A stretch of 54,500 nt of DNA, the filler included, from Sphacelaria rigidula (lineage: Eukaryota): assembly GCA_964200075.2 (NCBI GenBank). It is 4 parts of 4 records of this genome, joined end to end, with 100 filler letters (N's around TTAATTAATTAA, not from the genome) between each part and the next. Parts side by side here need not be neighbours in the genome. Positions count along the whole stretch, not along the records: positions 1 to 13,552 come from CAXNAA020002808.1; 3 more parts are not named here. One strand, 5' to 3'. The notes beneath the pieces were generated by a model. That model saw nothing but the letters and a program-made list of their open reading frames with translations, did no database searches and was not told the DNA's origin. The translations under genes were made by a program, and so were the position numbers. Positions 1 through 11,500 of the stretch are shown here, piece by piece. Each line of letters starts with the position of its first letter. Positions within the stretch are counted from its first letter, which is position 1.

Positions 1-36
<36 letters not shown>
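1..36. repeat. (TTA)n microsatellite
   Basis: 12 TTA units at the contig end. Confidence 0.95.
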
Positions 37-38
<2 letters not shown>

Positions 39-54
39 AACAATATTTTACGTC

Positions 55-214
55 TCAGTCTCCTATGTCGTTCTGTTCGACTTTTTCTGTTCCTTCTTTT
101 TCTTCAGCGAGAATTCTCAAATTTGTTTCCTCTTGGGTACGTCTGTCATGTGACCACGGCTGGATCCCTGGAGGTTCAGTTGAAGTGCGACAATCAATCA
201 ATAAATCAAATCAA
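55..214 (+). mobile_element. Non-LTR retroelement 3'-end fragment with (CAAT)n tail
   Basis: gggtacgtctgtcatgtgaccacggctgga..caatcaatcaataaatcaaatcaa is shared with 32972-33160 (reverse) and 14430-14514. Confidence 0.65.
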
Positions 215-296
215 TACTGGCATGCATGGGCTTCGAGAGGAGTATCCGAGGTCAATCGTCATCGTGAGCATCATGACAATCATCACCACCTCTCAC

Positions 297-3200
297 CTTC
301 CCTGGCTGTCAACCGCCTTCCTTCCCTCGCTTGTCTTCAACGCCGACAGCAGCAGCAATGTCAATTCCTCCGTACCGAACCCCGCCGCATACATCAGAGG
401 AGTCTGGCCTAAGAGATTTGGGAGACTGGGCGTCGCCTTCGCTGAAAGCAAGCGCTTTGCCGTACCCAAATGACCCTGTCGTGGTCATGGTGAACACGAA
501 ATACAAGATGAACACACACACACACACGCCACCGGAGTACTCATGATCATGCATGAGTACTCCGCCACCGGAGTAGACCGAACAGATGGAACATGGCGAC
601 ATGATCCTGACAAGCGGGTTGTGGTATACATCGCCGAAGACACGGGATGTCTTTAATACAAAAAAAAAAGAAGTTTACAGCTGTCAAAGGTTATTGCATT
701 CTACGACATCAACTTTGGTTTTGCGTTGTGTGCGTTGCACATGTCATGCATCCGTCGCGAATTTGACTTGCAAGGAATATGTGTTGCATGGATGGTTGTT
801 ATAACCGCTCTGTTTTACCTACCTCTCTCTGCACGTGTGTTGCTCTACCGTAACACCCAACCATTCTCAAGACGCATGCAACGTGAACGGGAATCGTCGA
901 CTACCTGAGAGCAGGCAGCGATAAGAGGGGTATATCGTTCGTGATGCCAGCCTCGTGCGGTGCGTAGGCGATGGCGGCTGTCGACGCTGACCCCTTGCCT
1001 CAAAAGCCCGTCTATCGCCGGGCCGTCGTCGTTCGCCGCTGCCGAACAAATGGACAATCGTTCAGGATCATACCTAATGTACCGCACAATGGATCATCAC
1101 GGCGTCAACAGCAGCGCAATGGGGCGGTAATTTTATGTACAGATAATTTTCGACACATATTCCTGTTCTAACCGCCATCAACATGCGTCGTACGTTGGAC
1201 TATGACCAACGGCGCACTCTGGTAGTGGTAAGGACAAAGAAACCGATTATGGCTGAGGGGTCATGAACGTTTCAACCACGGGTGTTCCCTGGAAGATGCC
1301 AAAAGCTACGGGTGACTGTTCAGACGAGTGGCACACGAAAAGTTCAAATACAAGGGTGATCGAAGCGACAGTCTTCACACGACACTTTTCCAGCGAGTTG
1401 TTCTCAGAAATTTCTCACCGAAGGAAACTAGCCGACCATTGTACCCCGTTTCGGCCCGAAACGTTCATGTAGTGTACCGTGCCGCACTGCATCCGGTTAA
1501 GCAACGCTTCAGCCGCATCGGGAACGCATCTGAAAGAAAACTCTGTCCACGTTTCGCGTGTGTTACGAAAGAGATAAATAGAAGGGTGCGCCACGTTGAA
1601 CCGGGCCTGGCCATTCGTGACATGAAGGCGTGTAATTTTTTTCCAAAACTGTGACCGTGCTAGATTGATTTTCGCACATTAACTCATCGCACGTTAACCG
1701 ATCCGGCACGTGTACGGTCGTGGTCGCAAGACGGATGTTCTCAAGGTGGGAAGTAGAAGCACTCGCGAAAGGGAACTCGAAAAACCGGAAACAATCAACC
1801 AAGATCGAGAGAATAAAAAGAGAGAACTGCGAACGAAAGAAAAAAAAGAGTAGCGTTGTTGACAGATGATCATGGTTGGGTGGGTACCTCTGCTGGAAAA
1901 GATGAGACGTTGTTGTGTCAACGCTGCAGCTCCATGTACAATAACCTCGTGTTGTCATTGTGACTAAACACCACGCTAACACTGTGCCTGAAGGACCCTT
2001 GAGGGATTCCGGGTGCTGTACCTCTCCTTTGCTTCCGAAGACAACTACATGCAGTAACCCAGTTTCGATACTTTTGGGTTACCAGAAAAACTAAAATATG
2101 CAAGTAACACAATAATGTGTCCCTCAGTTCGAGACACGAAATGACTAAATAACGCTCTAGCAACGAAAATATGGTAGACTGCGTGCTGTTCCCACATATC
2201 CGCGTTTCTCCTGAGCTGACACGAGCGGTGAGATGTCGAACGTTTTGTCCCTCGAAGTACTCTGCGACATGAGCATAAAACCAGACACCACTCCACCATG
2301 AGCCACCGATGACGAACATAACGCTGCAAGTGCGCGAGATCGGGTGATCTTCCCAGGAGAAATTTCAGTGGATATATCAGATCCACATAACTCATATCGT
2401 CAAACGAGATATAGACAATTTGCGGGAAAAGTCAGTATCTTGGCTGTTGACACCGCACACAGGGCACCGTTCATCGTAGCTCTGCCATCTGACGTGGGCC
2501 CTCTACTCTTGGTGAGTCCTTGTACAATTCTGCCTTGCACCACTCCATCGTCGTTCAACGTATGGCGACCGCTCGGCTTAATCGCAAGCGGCTACAAGCT
2601 GCATGGCACCGAAATTGTGCCAATAATCACAACTGCTTCCACTACAGGGTGTACCGTAGACTAGACTGGTGGTATTTTCAGTAGCTGCTCACTTGAGAAC
2701 GTTGACCACGGTCATATGACCACGCACAGCCGCGATCTCCAGGGCGGTTTCCCCCTGTCCCAACATCGGAAGCAGCAACAGCAACAACAGAGCCATCGGA
2801 CTTACAGCAGCACAAGATTGTGAGATGAGGATGGTGCGATTGGGCACGACGACATATCTCCATTCCTAGTCTCCACCCATGGTTCTATTCTTACTTTTAC
2901 ACGTGGACCTTATGCGTTTCGCTGGATTAAAAAACCTTAAACTGATCCTTGTTCTGAAACATATGTGCGACTACTCTACTTGTCAAGATACAAAAAACGA
3001 CGATGGTGTCGGGTGCGAAAACATAAGAGCTGCACGCTTGACGGTTGGGAAATATAGGTACACATGAAAATACCCAACTCCCATGATATCTTCAACATAA
3101 CGCTGGCTTGAAAAGCCCCTCCCCACCTTGTCGTTGCAACGGTAACGATCGGCCCTCAGGCGCAAGAGAAGCACGGCCATCCTTTCGTGCCCCGCCTGTG

Positions 3201-6200
3201 CGGCGTACATAAGGGGAGTCATGCCGTGTCGTCCTGGGCGGTTGACGTCTGTCTTGTGGTGCGACAGGAGCGCCGACGCCATGTCTTCATCCTTTTGTTC
3301 GTGGAAAAGCGGGAAGGTCCAAGGGGATGCAAGTGAAGTAGTTGATCCACAGACGGCATGGTTGGAACTACCTGCACTTCAACGGATGAACACTGCTACG
3401 ATCTGTGAGATTTAGGAGAGCAATGACAGGCGGGCTCGAGCATGGTATAACCCATATGCCTGAGAAGGATGGGGTGCTTTCAGCAGAGTCCCAAAATTGT
3501 CTAACGAGTATGTAGGTATCACCAGAACAGTCTGAAACATGACTGCGGCGAGCAGCTCACTACTTGCGACGTGACGTTGCATGTCGCTGTCAACACTCAA
3601 CGGAGCAGAATGCGTACCGCGGTCGAGAAACTCCGTGATATGGGTGGGGGCAAGAGAGAGGAGGTGCACGGGGTTCGCACGTACCTTATTGAAAACAGCG
3701 GCGATGAGAGGAGTATAGTCGCGTTCTGGGCACTTGGTGTTGGGATCTACACCTTGCTCCATCAGAGCCATCGCGCCGCGTACGTCCCGCTCTTTAGCGA
3801 TCAGGAAAACCTTCACCTGAAGTACTCGCAACACGCAAGACACAGGTAGGGATGCGTTCATCCAAAGAACGGCATATGTTTGTGTAGACGAGACGGGACG
3901 CTTGCCACATTCAGAATCATTGGAGGTGTAGAGACTACGAAGACCGGGAAAACACTTGAAGGCAGACCGCACGACCGAAAACAAAACGGCCACCAACAGG
4001 TGAGCAGCGACGAAAGACTACCCGAGAACAACGAACCACAACACGTCGGGACCATTGAAGGAACATCTGATGGGTGCTCCATTTTCCACGACGCAAACGC
4101 AAAAGTAAGGAAGCACGCGTGATTCTTCAACGCGCCAGGACGCCCATGGAAAGGATAGCTCATACGAACTTTATTATTTTATTATTTTATATATTCGATG
4201 TACTTTGAACCCCCCCCCTCCTTGGGACGAGTTCGTGGTCTCAAGGGATCAACCCATCTCTCCCCGGTACACGCCTTGCATTTTGGTCTCGCGGATTGGG
4301 TCATGACTATCACCACTCCCGCACCGCGTCAACTCTCGAACAAACTCAGTCGACTTCCTTGTTTACTCACGTTCTCACGCTTTCCACGGTGGAAACCAGA
4401 TACGACGAAGAAAAAACACGACACATCGGGAATCGAACCCTCGTTGTCGCCACCCTAACGGCGACAGTCGGACCGCTACACCACCGGGGCGCAGCGGCAC
4501 ATATAATAGCTCATACGAAACGAAAAAAACTAAATTACCTTGTTCGGATCGTACAGTAGCACATCTAGAAGTCGTGTGCTGCCAAATCGCCGCGCCCACT
4601 CCATTGCGTTTCTCCCCTCATTATCTCGGAGGTGTCGGTCCGCGCCCTTGGCCAAGAGGTGCACGGCAGCTGCCACCTGACAAAATAGAAACAATGAGTG
4701 CCAGGTAAGATCTACCTGTAATCGAAGAGGAATGCAGCTCGACACGTGACAAACGGCGCACGGAACGAGATCAGCGCAACGACAGCAAGCCGCGATGGTT
4801 CCACTGTAGTGCGGCTAAGGGAGGCTAATCTCCACCATGTTTTACCGCTGCGGTTGCCGATCAAACCTCCACCAGTGCAGTCGCGTGGGATTAGTTCTAT
4901 ACCTGGCTCTCCGTTGTAGCGTACCCCTCCCGCTGTGAGCAGTACATCAGCGGCGTTTCTCCTCGGACATTCGAACGGTCCGGGTCGGTCAACGGACACG
5001 CGAGCAATGCGTCCAGCACCTGGATAAATGAAGACATGCGCGTATCCTCGTGATACTGATGCGACCATCATGCTGACAGTGGTCACGCATTGTGATCTTC
5101 TCACGCGAAATGCCATGCCGTTTCAACTTCAGCGGTTTCCTGAGCTATCAAGTAGCGCCTAAAAACTTGCGTCAGTAGTGTACCTCCCGGATTACTAGAC
5201 GCCCTGTACTAGTGATGTTACGGCGGCCCGGAGAAAGTACAATATTAAACGACTTTGCGACAAGCAACCCGGATGGCGCAGGTTTTATACAGTGCGCAAT
5301 ACCTCGATATGCGCGAGAAATGCAGCGGCGATGAGCGGTGTGTACTGGCCAGTCGAGTCCGTCAAGTTCGGGTCTTGCCCCTGCAGCAACAATGCCTTCA
5401 CATAAGCCAGATTTCCGGCCTTCGCCGCCTGCGCGACATACGAGATATAAAACAAGCCGCTCAGGAACAAGATTCAGAGTATGACACGCGTGATGCGTCA
5501 GGGTTCGAGCGTACAGGCCGGGATGTTCTGAGCACACGCAACAACACAGGCACAGCGGAAAGTAAAATATCAGGGACGCACAGAAGAGCAAACTGCCGTG
5601 AGACGGCAATGCGTCCTCGACAGACACTTGATGGAGGTATCCCCGCTACAAATGGTAGTCTCCACATCACCTTCCCTTTGATGAGTCTCTTCGAGGGATT
5701 TCGTGACGAGAAGCTTGTAGAGGTAACCGTTTTTTTCACCAACAAGCGTCCAGGATATTTTCGATTTTTTTTTTTCATGTTTTCTTCATTTTTTGTTGTT
5801 GTTGTTGTTGGGTGCCCGTGCCTATAGACTCCAGGGAAGGTATATTCGTGAGTTTGCGACCCCTCTCCACTGGTCGCCTGCCATTTTTTGCCCCTACGCT
5901 TCCTGCCCAACTTTGATGATCGGACCAGGATCGAATCCGGGACCCTCTGGCCATGATACAAACAGAATGACCTCTTGTCGCCAATGTGAAGACATAATGG
6001 GTCCTCGACAGACATTGTGGTAGTGTATTACGTCTATCGGGTAGTCTTCACACAGATGTATGTTTCGCCTACGAAAAATGGGTATTTCTACGGCGGCATT
6101 AGCATGGTCGCCGAGACATCATGTACGACTGTGGGGTAGTCACACCTGGCATAGCGTCGCCTTCGCAGGGTCCGCCAGCAAAACTGAAGCGACCTCCATG

Positions 6201-8592
6201 TGGCCTAAGGTAGCGATCGAGCAACCCATAGTGAGGGCAGGGAAATAGCAAGTGATTGCGAGCCATAAAGCGTGCCTCATGGGCGACATGTTCTCTGCAT
6301 AAAGCGCAATAGACCTTGAGCGAGAACACGCAATGCTGCATTCGGACTTCAACTAAGCATACGTTGCCGTGTATAGAATCTCGATCAGAATACATGTACT
6401 AATGATTTAACGGTCGAGAACACCGGTGAAATGACCGGTTGGCGGTCGAACATGCTGAATCAAACACGAAACGCACATGGATCTGGCACCGACGCTGTAA
6501 CACTAGCGCAGGAATGCAGGTACAGAAATGCCCGAGTTTTGTCTAGCATGAATGAAACCAATCACGGGCCCAAAAATATCACGGTCGTGTGCAACACTCC
6601 AAAAAGACGGAGATTATTGAACAACTCATGCGAGGGGAAAGAAAACGGCTATGACACCATACTGCATGGAGAGACAGGCAAGCAAACCAAGCTCACCGTA
6701 CTGTACGGCGTAGTCCACGGCATCCTTCCCGTGTACGCACACTAAGCGGCGGTCTACGCCGGGCATGCGCAGCAGAGCCAACGTGGTGGCCATGTCACCC
6801 AACGTCGCCGCAATCATGAGTGCCGTGCGTCCTCTGAATGCTCCATCAAGAAAAACGGGAACAAGAACAAAATCCATGTCAGAAAATAAAAAGGATATCT
6901 TCCCCAACTCACTGCAACGTCTGGAAGGGAAAAGCACCATACAAAAGAGAGAGCGAAGGTATTGCGACGCGTACTTACTATGGTGAGCAACAAAACAAAT
7001 CGCGCTGGAGAGGAATACGTAAACTACAGCGAGCCCACGTCGATGCTTGGTCCGGTGAAAAAGGTTTAGCAGCATCGATCGAAACACTGGCGCACCCAGA
7101 AAGACTGCGGCCATCGGGAGGGCAAGTGCATCAGCATCCGACATACGCTGCGAGACGTCAATCTTACACGGTTCGGACGAATCATCGCCGGTTCGAATAA
7201 CCAAATCCACAATTTCTAAGGCCTGATTGCCCGAAAAAGGTCTCCACCCAACTTTTGCGCCATTCCACGTGCCTGGGCTGCGCGCACCTGGATTGCAACG
7301 CTGAAAACAAAGCCTGAGGATTGATTCGTACGACACGAATAAATGACACTAAAATTAAGTAATTTCCAGACGAATCATTGATTTGTCCGACCTCTGCAGT
7401 CTTACAACGGCGCCACTCCTTCCCTTGATGTACAATCATTGGAATATTTCGCTCACCGCTGGACGCCATAGTTGGGGGAAATCCGTGTGTTCGGATCCAC
7501 TTTATTACTTCCAGCACCTTCCAAAAGAATCTGTCGTGGTCAGCACAAACGAAGAGTGCAACAGAGGAAATGTTCTTACATTCTCACCATACCGGCCGAT
7601 AGCCGCCAAAAAAACGACTGCCCACACATCCTCTTCTTGAACCTACACACTTGATTATTGATTGAGCTTCCTTGCGCACCTTCATTACAGCAACTTTTGC
7701 ACCCGAAACTTTCACACAACCTCCAGCCATCAGCTTCCTGGTATTCCAGTTACCGGCATTTCGGCGATCATTTCTGGATTCAGCACGCTGTTCAAGACAA
7801 TGTCCTCTTCTTGTAAGTTCTTGGGGGGGGGGGGTGACGGATCCGTTCACAACAACAAAACCTATTCCAGGACCTATCGCTACTGAATCTTGCGTTTACG
7901 CACCAGCCTCCACAACATCCGTTTGTCTCAACGTCTCAACAGCACATTTCTGCCTCCCACTCACAATGCGATGGTACGTTGAGAACGGTCTAAGTAGATA
8001 CCACACCTTGGTGTCCTGAAAGATAAGTTATCCCATTACCATGGCAGTGCCTTACTGCCGTAAAACAAACTACTGCTACCATGACCACGCGGCATTACTC
8101 CAGGAACTCCATGTTACCTTAAGCACACCCCGCCTGCGATGCGAAACGGCCGCCGTAAGCGCCGTGGCTTGTTGGTCATTAGAGAGTCCGTTCGGGTCGG
8201 CGCCCGCTCCCAGCCAATAGGAAGCACTCTCACTGGTTATCGAAGGACAGCACCGTTCATAAAATGAAGCATTCGAGCATGACACAGCGGGAACCGACAA
8301 CGGTTGGGGTGGGTGGCATGGAACCAGCTTGCACCGCTACTTCACGCAAGGGGCCATCAGCAAAGCCATCCACTGCTGTGTGCAAGCCACTTTATTGAGC
8401 TGAAAAATCGAAAACTGCACGCAAATCCCATATGTTTGATAGTCGAGTACACATACAGTAGCAACTTTACAAAAATATTTTCTTGGATTTAGTATGCAGT
8501 GGACTTGATAGCGCACGTTGTGGTTGGGCTCACCTGTTGCCTTCGGCAGCCGCCTTGATCAGGTCCTGAGTAGCTGCGTGGGTTTCCAGTCC
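297..8592 (-). CDS. Ankyrin-repeat exons (about 15 repeats) of the contig-1 gene
   Basis: 13 in-phase exons with repeated G.T(P/A)L..AA / LL..GAD.N ankyrin motifs. The last exon ends in phase 2 with a GT donor at 296, so the gene continues beyond position 1. Confidence 0.9.
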
Positions 8593-11500
8593 CTGTCCAA
8601 TAAAGCAGAAGAAAAATACAAAAATGTGAGCATGGAATCAAATTGGAGAGCGAATCGAATACAACGAACGGAAGACACGGACGAGAATAGGAAAACGGAA
8701 GGGCTGTCGAAGGAGTTAGTGTACTGTGAAACAAAGCCGCGTGCCTGAACCAGTTGGGACAGACGAGGGACAGGTGAGCGACGCACAAGTGGGGGTCATT
8801 CGAGACAACAACTGGCAAAGCAACAAGCTTGGGGAAGACTTGTGACTGGGTTGAGGATTTCTCTGAGAGGCGTTCTCGGGAGTGGTTTAGCCAGTGAAGA
8901 GACCAGCAAATGCTTGCACAGAAAACCTGAGATGAACAAACATGAGGCCAATTGGAGTGTACCTGCACTACAAGGGAGCCAATCGCCTGTAATGATCTTG
9001 CGATACACGAGTCTGGAGGCGAGCGCAGTGAATCTCCACGTGATCTCCCCTCCCCGGCTATGTCGTGCACACCTACAACTTCGCCGTATCTCGCTCGCGG
9101 AAAAATAAAATGTAACAGACTTCTGCATGATCAACCCCCCTTCCCCTCTTTTCTCTGATCATCTGAGCCGCCTTTTACGTAGTAGATAATAGTAATTTTA
9201 TCATAGGCGATCACTTTGTTAGCGACCATACTTCTTCCTCTCGGTGACGCGTGGCGAATCATTCAACAGATACAGTAGACGAAACACGAGCGTGCCACCC
9301 TTTTCTCGCTGCCCGTTTGTCCCAAGATCACAACCTCCGAGGCCCGAAGCTCATAGGAGTAAGACGGCGCGTGCGCTGACCCAAGTTGACAGGGGGTGCA
9401 GTGGGTTGGACACCCACACTTGCCTTGAGTAAAGATTCTGAACGCTGGAGGCGCCTACCCCACATGACTACCGCGAGGCGGTCTAACCGAAGAGTTGGGG
9501 TGATCAGCACACGAATCCGCTTGCGGAGTACGTGTTGGGTGGGGTTTCCTCCTTCCTTCAAAGGAAAAAAAAAGGAGAAGAAGCTCACACCCTCACCTGG
9601 TTCAGCTCATCCTCGGTGATATCTGCCAAAACAGAGGCGTCGGCATGTCGAGCGAATTCCAGAGCACTGGACAATTGCGTGAGGCAATACGCCCCCTCGC
9701 CCAAACCCTCAACTCCTTCCCTCATGTAGTAGGAAGTGAACCAAAGTCGCGATGCCAGCCGAGGAGGATTTGCCTGCATTTGATCACGCAACGAGTTCGA
9801 CTGAAATGATGAGTTCCCCGCCAGCGATCACAATGTGAAATAATGTATTTATGCACAGTAAGTGCAGTTCAACTACAGTTGTGGGCGGGGTTTACAAGAC
9901 ATGGCTGAGGCAGCACGGGTGTTCCTTGTTAGGCTTTATCGCTTCTATGCTCTATGGCGGCCCCAAAATATGTCACACTACCATAACAGTTTTTCAGTGG
10001 TTACCTGCTGTAGAAACGCAGGCACACTTGCAGCATTCTGCATATCCCCCCCCCCCATGGTCAATGGTCAAACGACTAAGGCAAGCAACAAATGAGTACT
10101 CCCCCCCCCCCCCTTCAGACCTGGGGTTGGCGTCGGTTGGCGATGACGCTATAAGACACACCACTCACTGCGTAAGCTAGGCAACCAGCTTACCGTTTTT
10201 TTTGCGCGCTTGAGTTTTTTTTGCGGTGACCATGATGGTAGCCGAGCTCGATCATGTTGTGCGGCGTGGGGAATCTCGACTCCGCACAATGGGGATGATC
10301 GTACTACGTAGTATTTACATGTTGAGACACCCATGAGGCAGTGTAAAACCCGTGGCTGTATCTGGAAGTGGCGATACCAGAGAAAAGAGCAACTCATTGG
10401 AGGCTGTCATCCAAATGCAAGAAAATCAGTAGGCTTCGGGCCGAACAATCTTGGCCGGATGCAGTTCACCCTTCACGCGACTCGGCGAACGCACCACGGC
10501 GTTTCGCGCTTGGTGATTGAGTGCGAGCCTGGTCCGGCGAAAAGCCGGCGTGCTCCGTCCCGGCTTTGTAAGGATACAAGGTCAGTGGTCTTATGACTGT
10601 GACATGCATTATCATGAGTACACCCTCCCTCGCCCCCCATTGGATTCCAACACGAAGACATGATGCACAATGAAGCCAGTCGTGTCTGGCAGTCGCTGCG
10701 GCACTTGCGTGAGAAGGTGAACATGAACAGGCACAAACAGCAGGGTGTCCCGATCTACGTCTCCGTTGGTCGTGATCCGCAGTACAGTGCAAAGCTCTTG
10801 ATTCTCCTGAGATATTTCACGACGCACCTGGACAACAACCCACGTAAGCGCAGCAAGCAGATCATCCGCTCCAAAAGCGATTTTCTGGGCCTTGCCCGAG
10901 CGCGACGAAACGCTACCACCGCTCCTGCCCTCTCTCCCTGCGAGGGCTCGCTCCGCAGCGGCCGCAGCCTCCTCCAGCTCCCGCTGCCTGCTCGCACGCA
11001 ATTCTGAACTCGGTAAGTATTCACCACGCGCACAGCATATGATGGACTTGCTCGTCATGGCAATGGCGTCGACATGCTCTTCATGCCGCAATGGCTACCT
11101 TCGCCTGAACTTACTCGCGTGTAATTCCCCTCAATCCTCCAGCTTACACTGTCAGCTCATTCGCATTCGTGGACGTATCGAACGTGCTTATTTTGGAGGT
11201 GGTCGTGTTGTGTTGGTCATGATATTTTCATTACGGGAGAGTCGCAGTGGAAGATGACTGTAGTTCCGCGTCATCCTCCGTCTCTCGCTGGTTGCGCGTC
11301 CGCCTACTCGACTCACGGCACGTGCCTCTCGTAGCGCGCACGGTATATCGACTCCACGCTGTCGATTATCTACAATGGGGTCCAAATATGGAATGATCGA
11401 GGCTGTACTATGCCTCAGTATATCAAACAGTAAACGACAGAAATAAACGCCACAAGCGCGCCAAAACTAAACGTACTTCGCCCCAACTTGTTGATAAAGA

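Noticed and set aside
4420-4492. Functional tRNA gene
   Set aside because: It has A/B boxes, but the acceptor stem does not pair and it is the head of a TSD-flanked SINE.
6626-7336. 236-aa ORF as a standalone gene, including KIDVSQRMSD as an exon
   Set aside because: Only 6697-6833 is exon. The rest is intron and dispersed repeat, and the phase-compatible upstream exon is 7457-7530.
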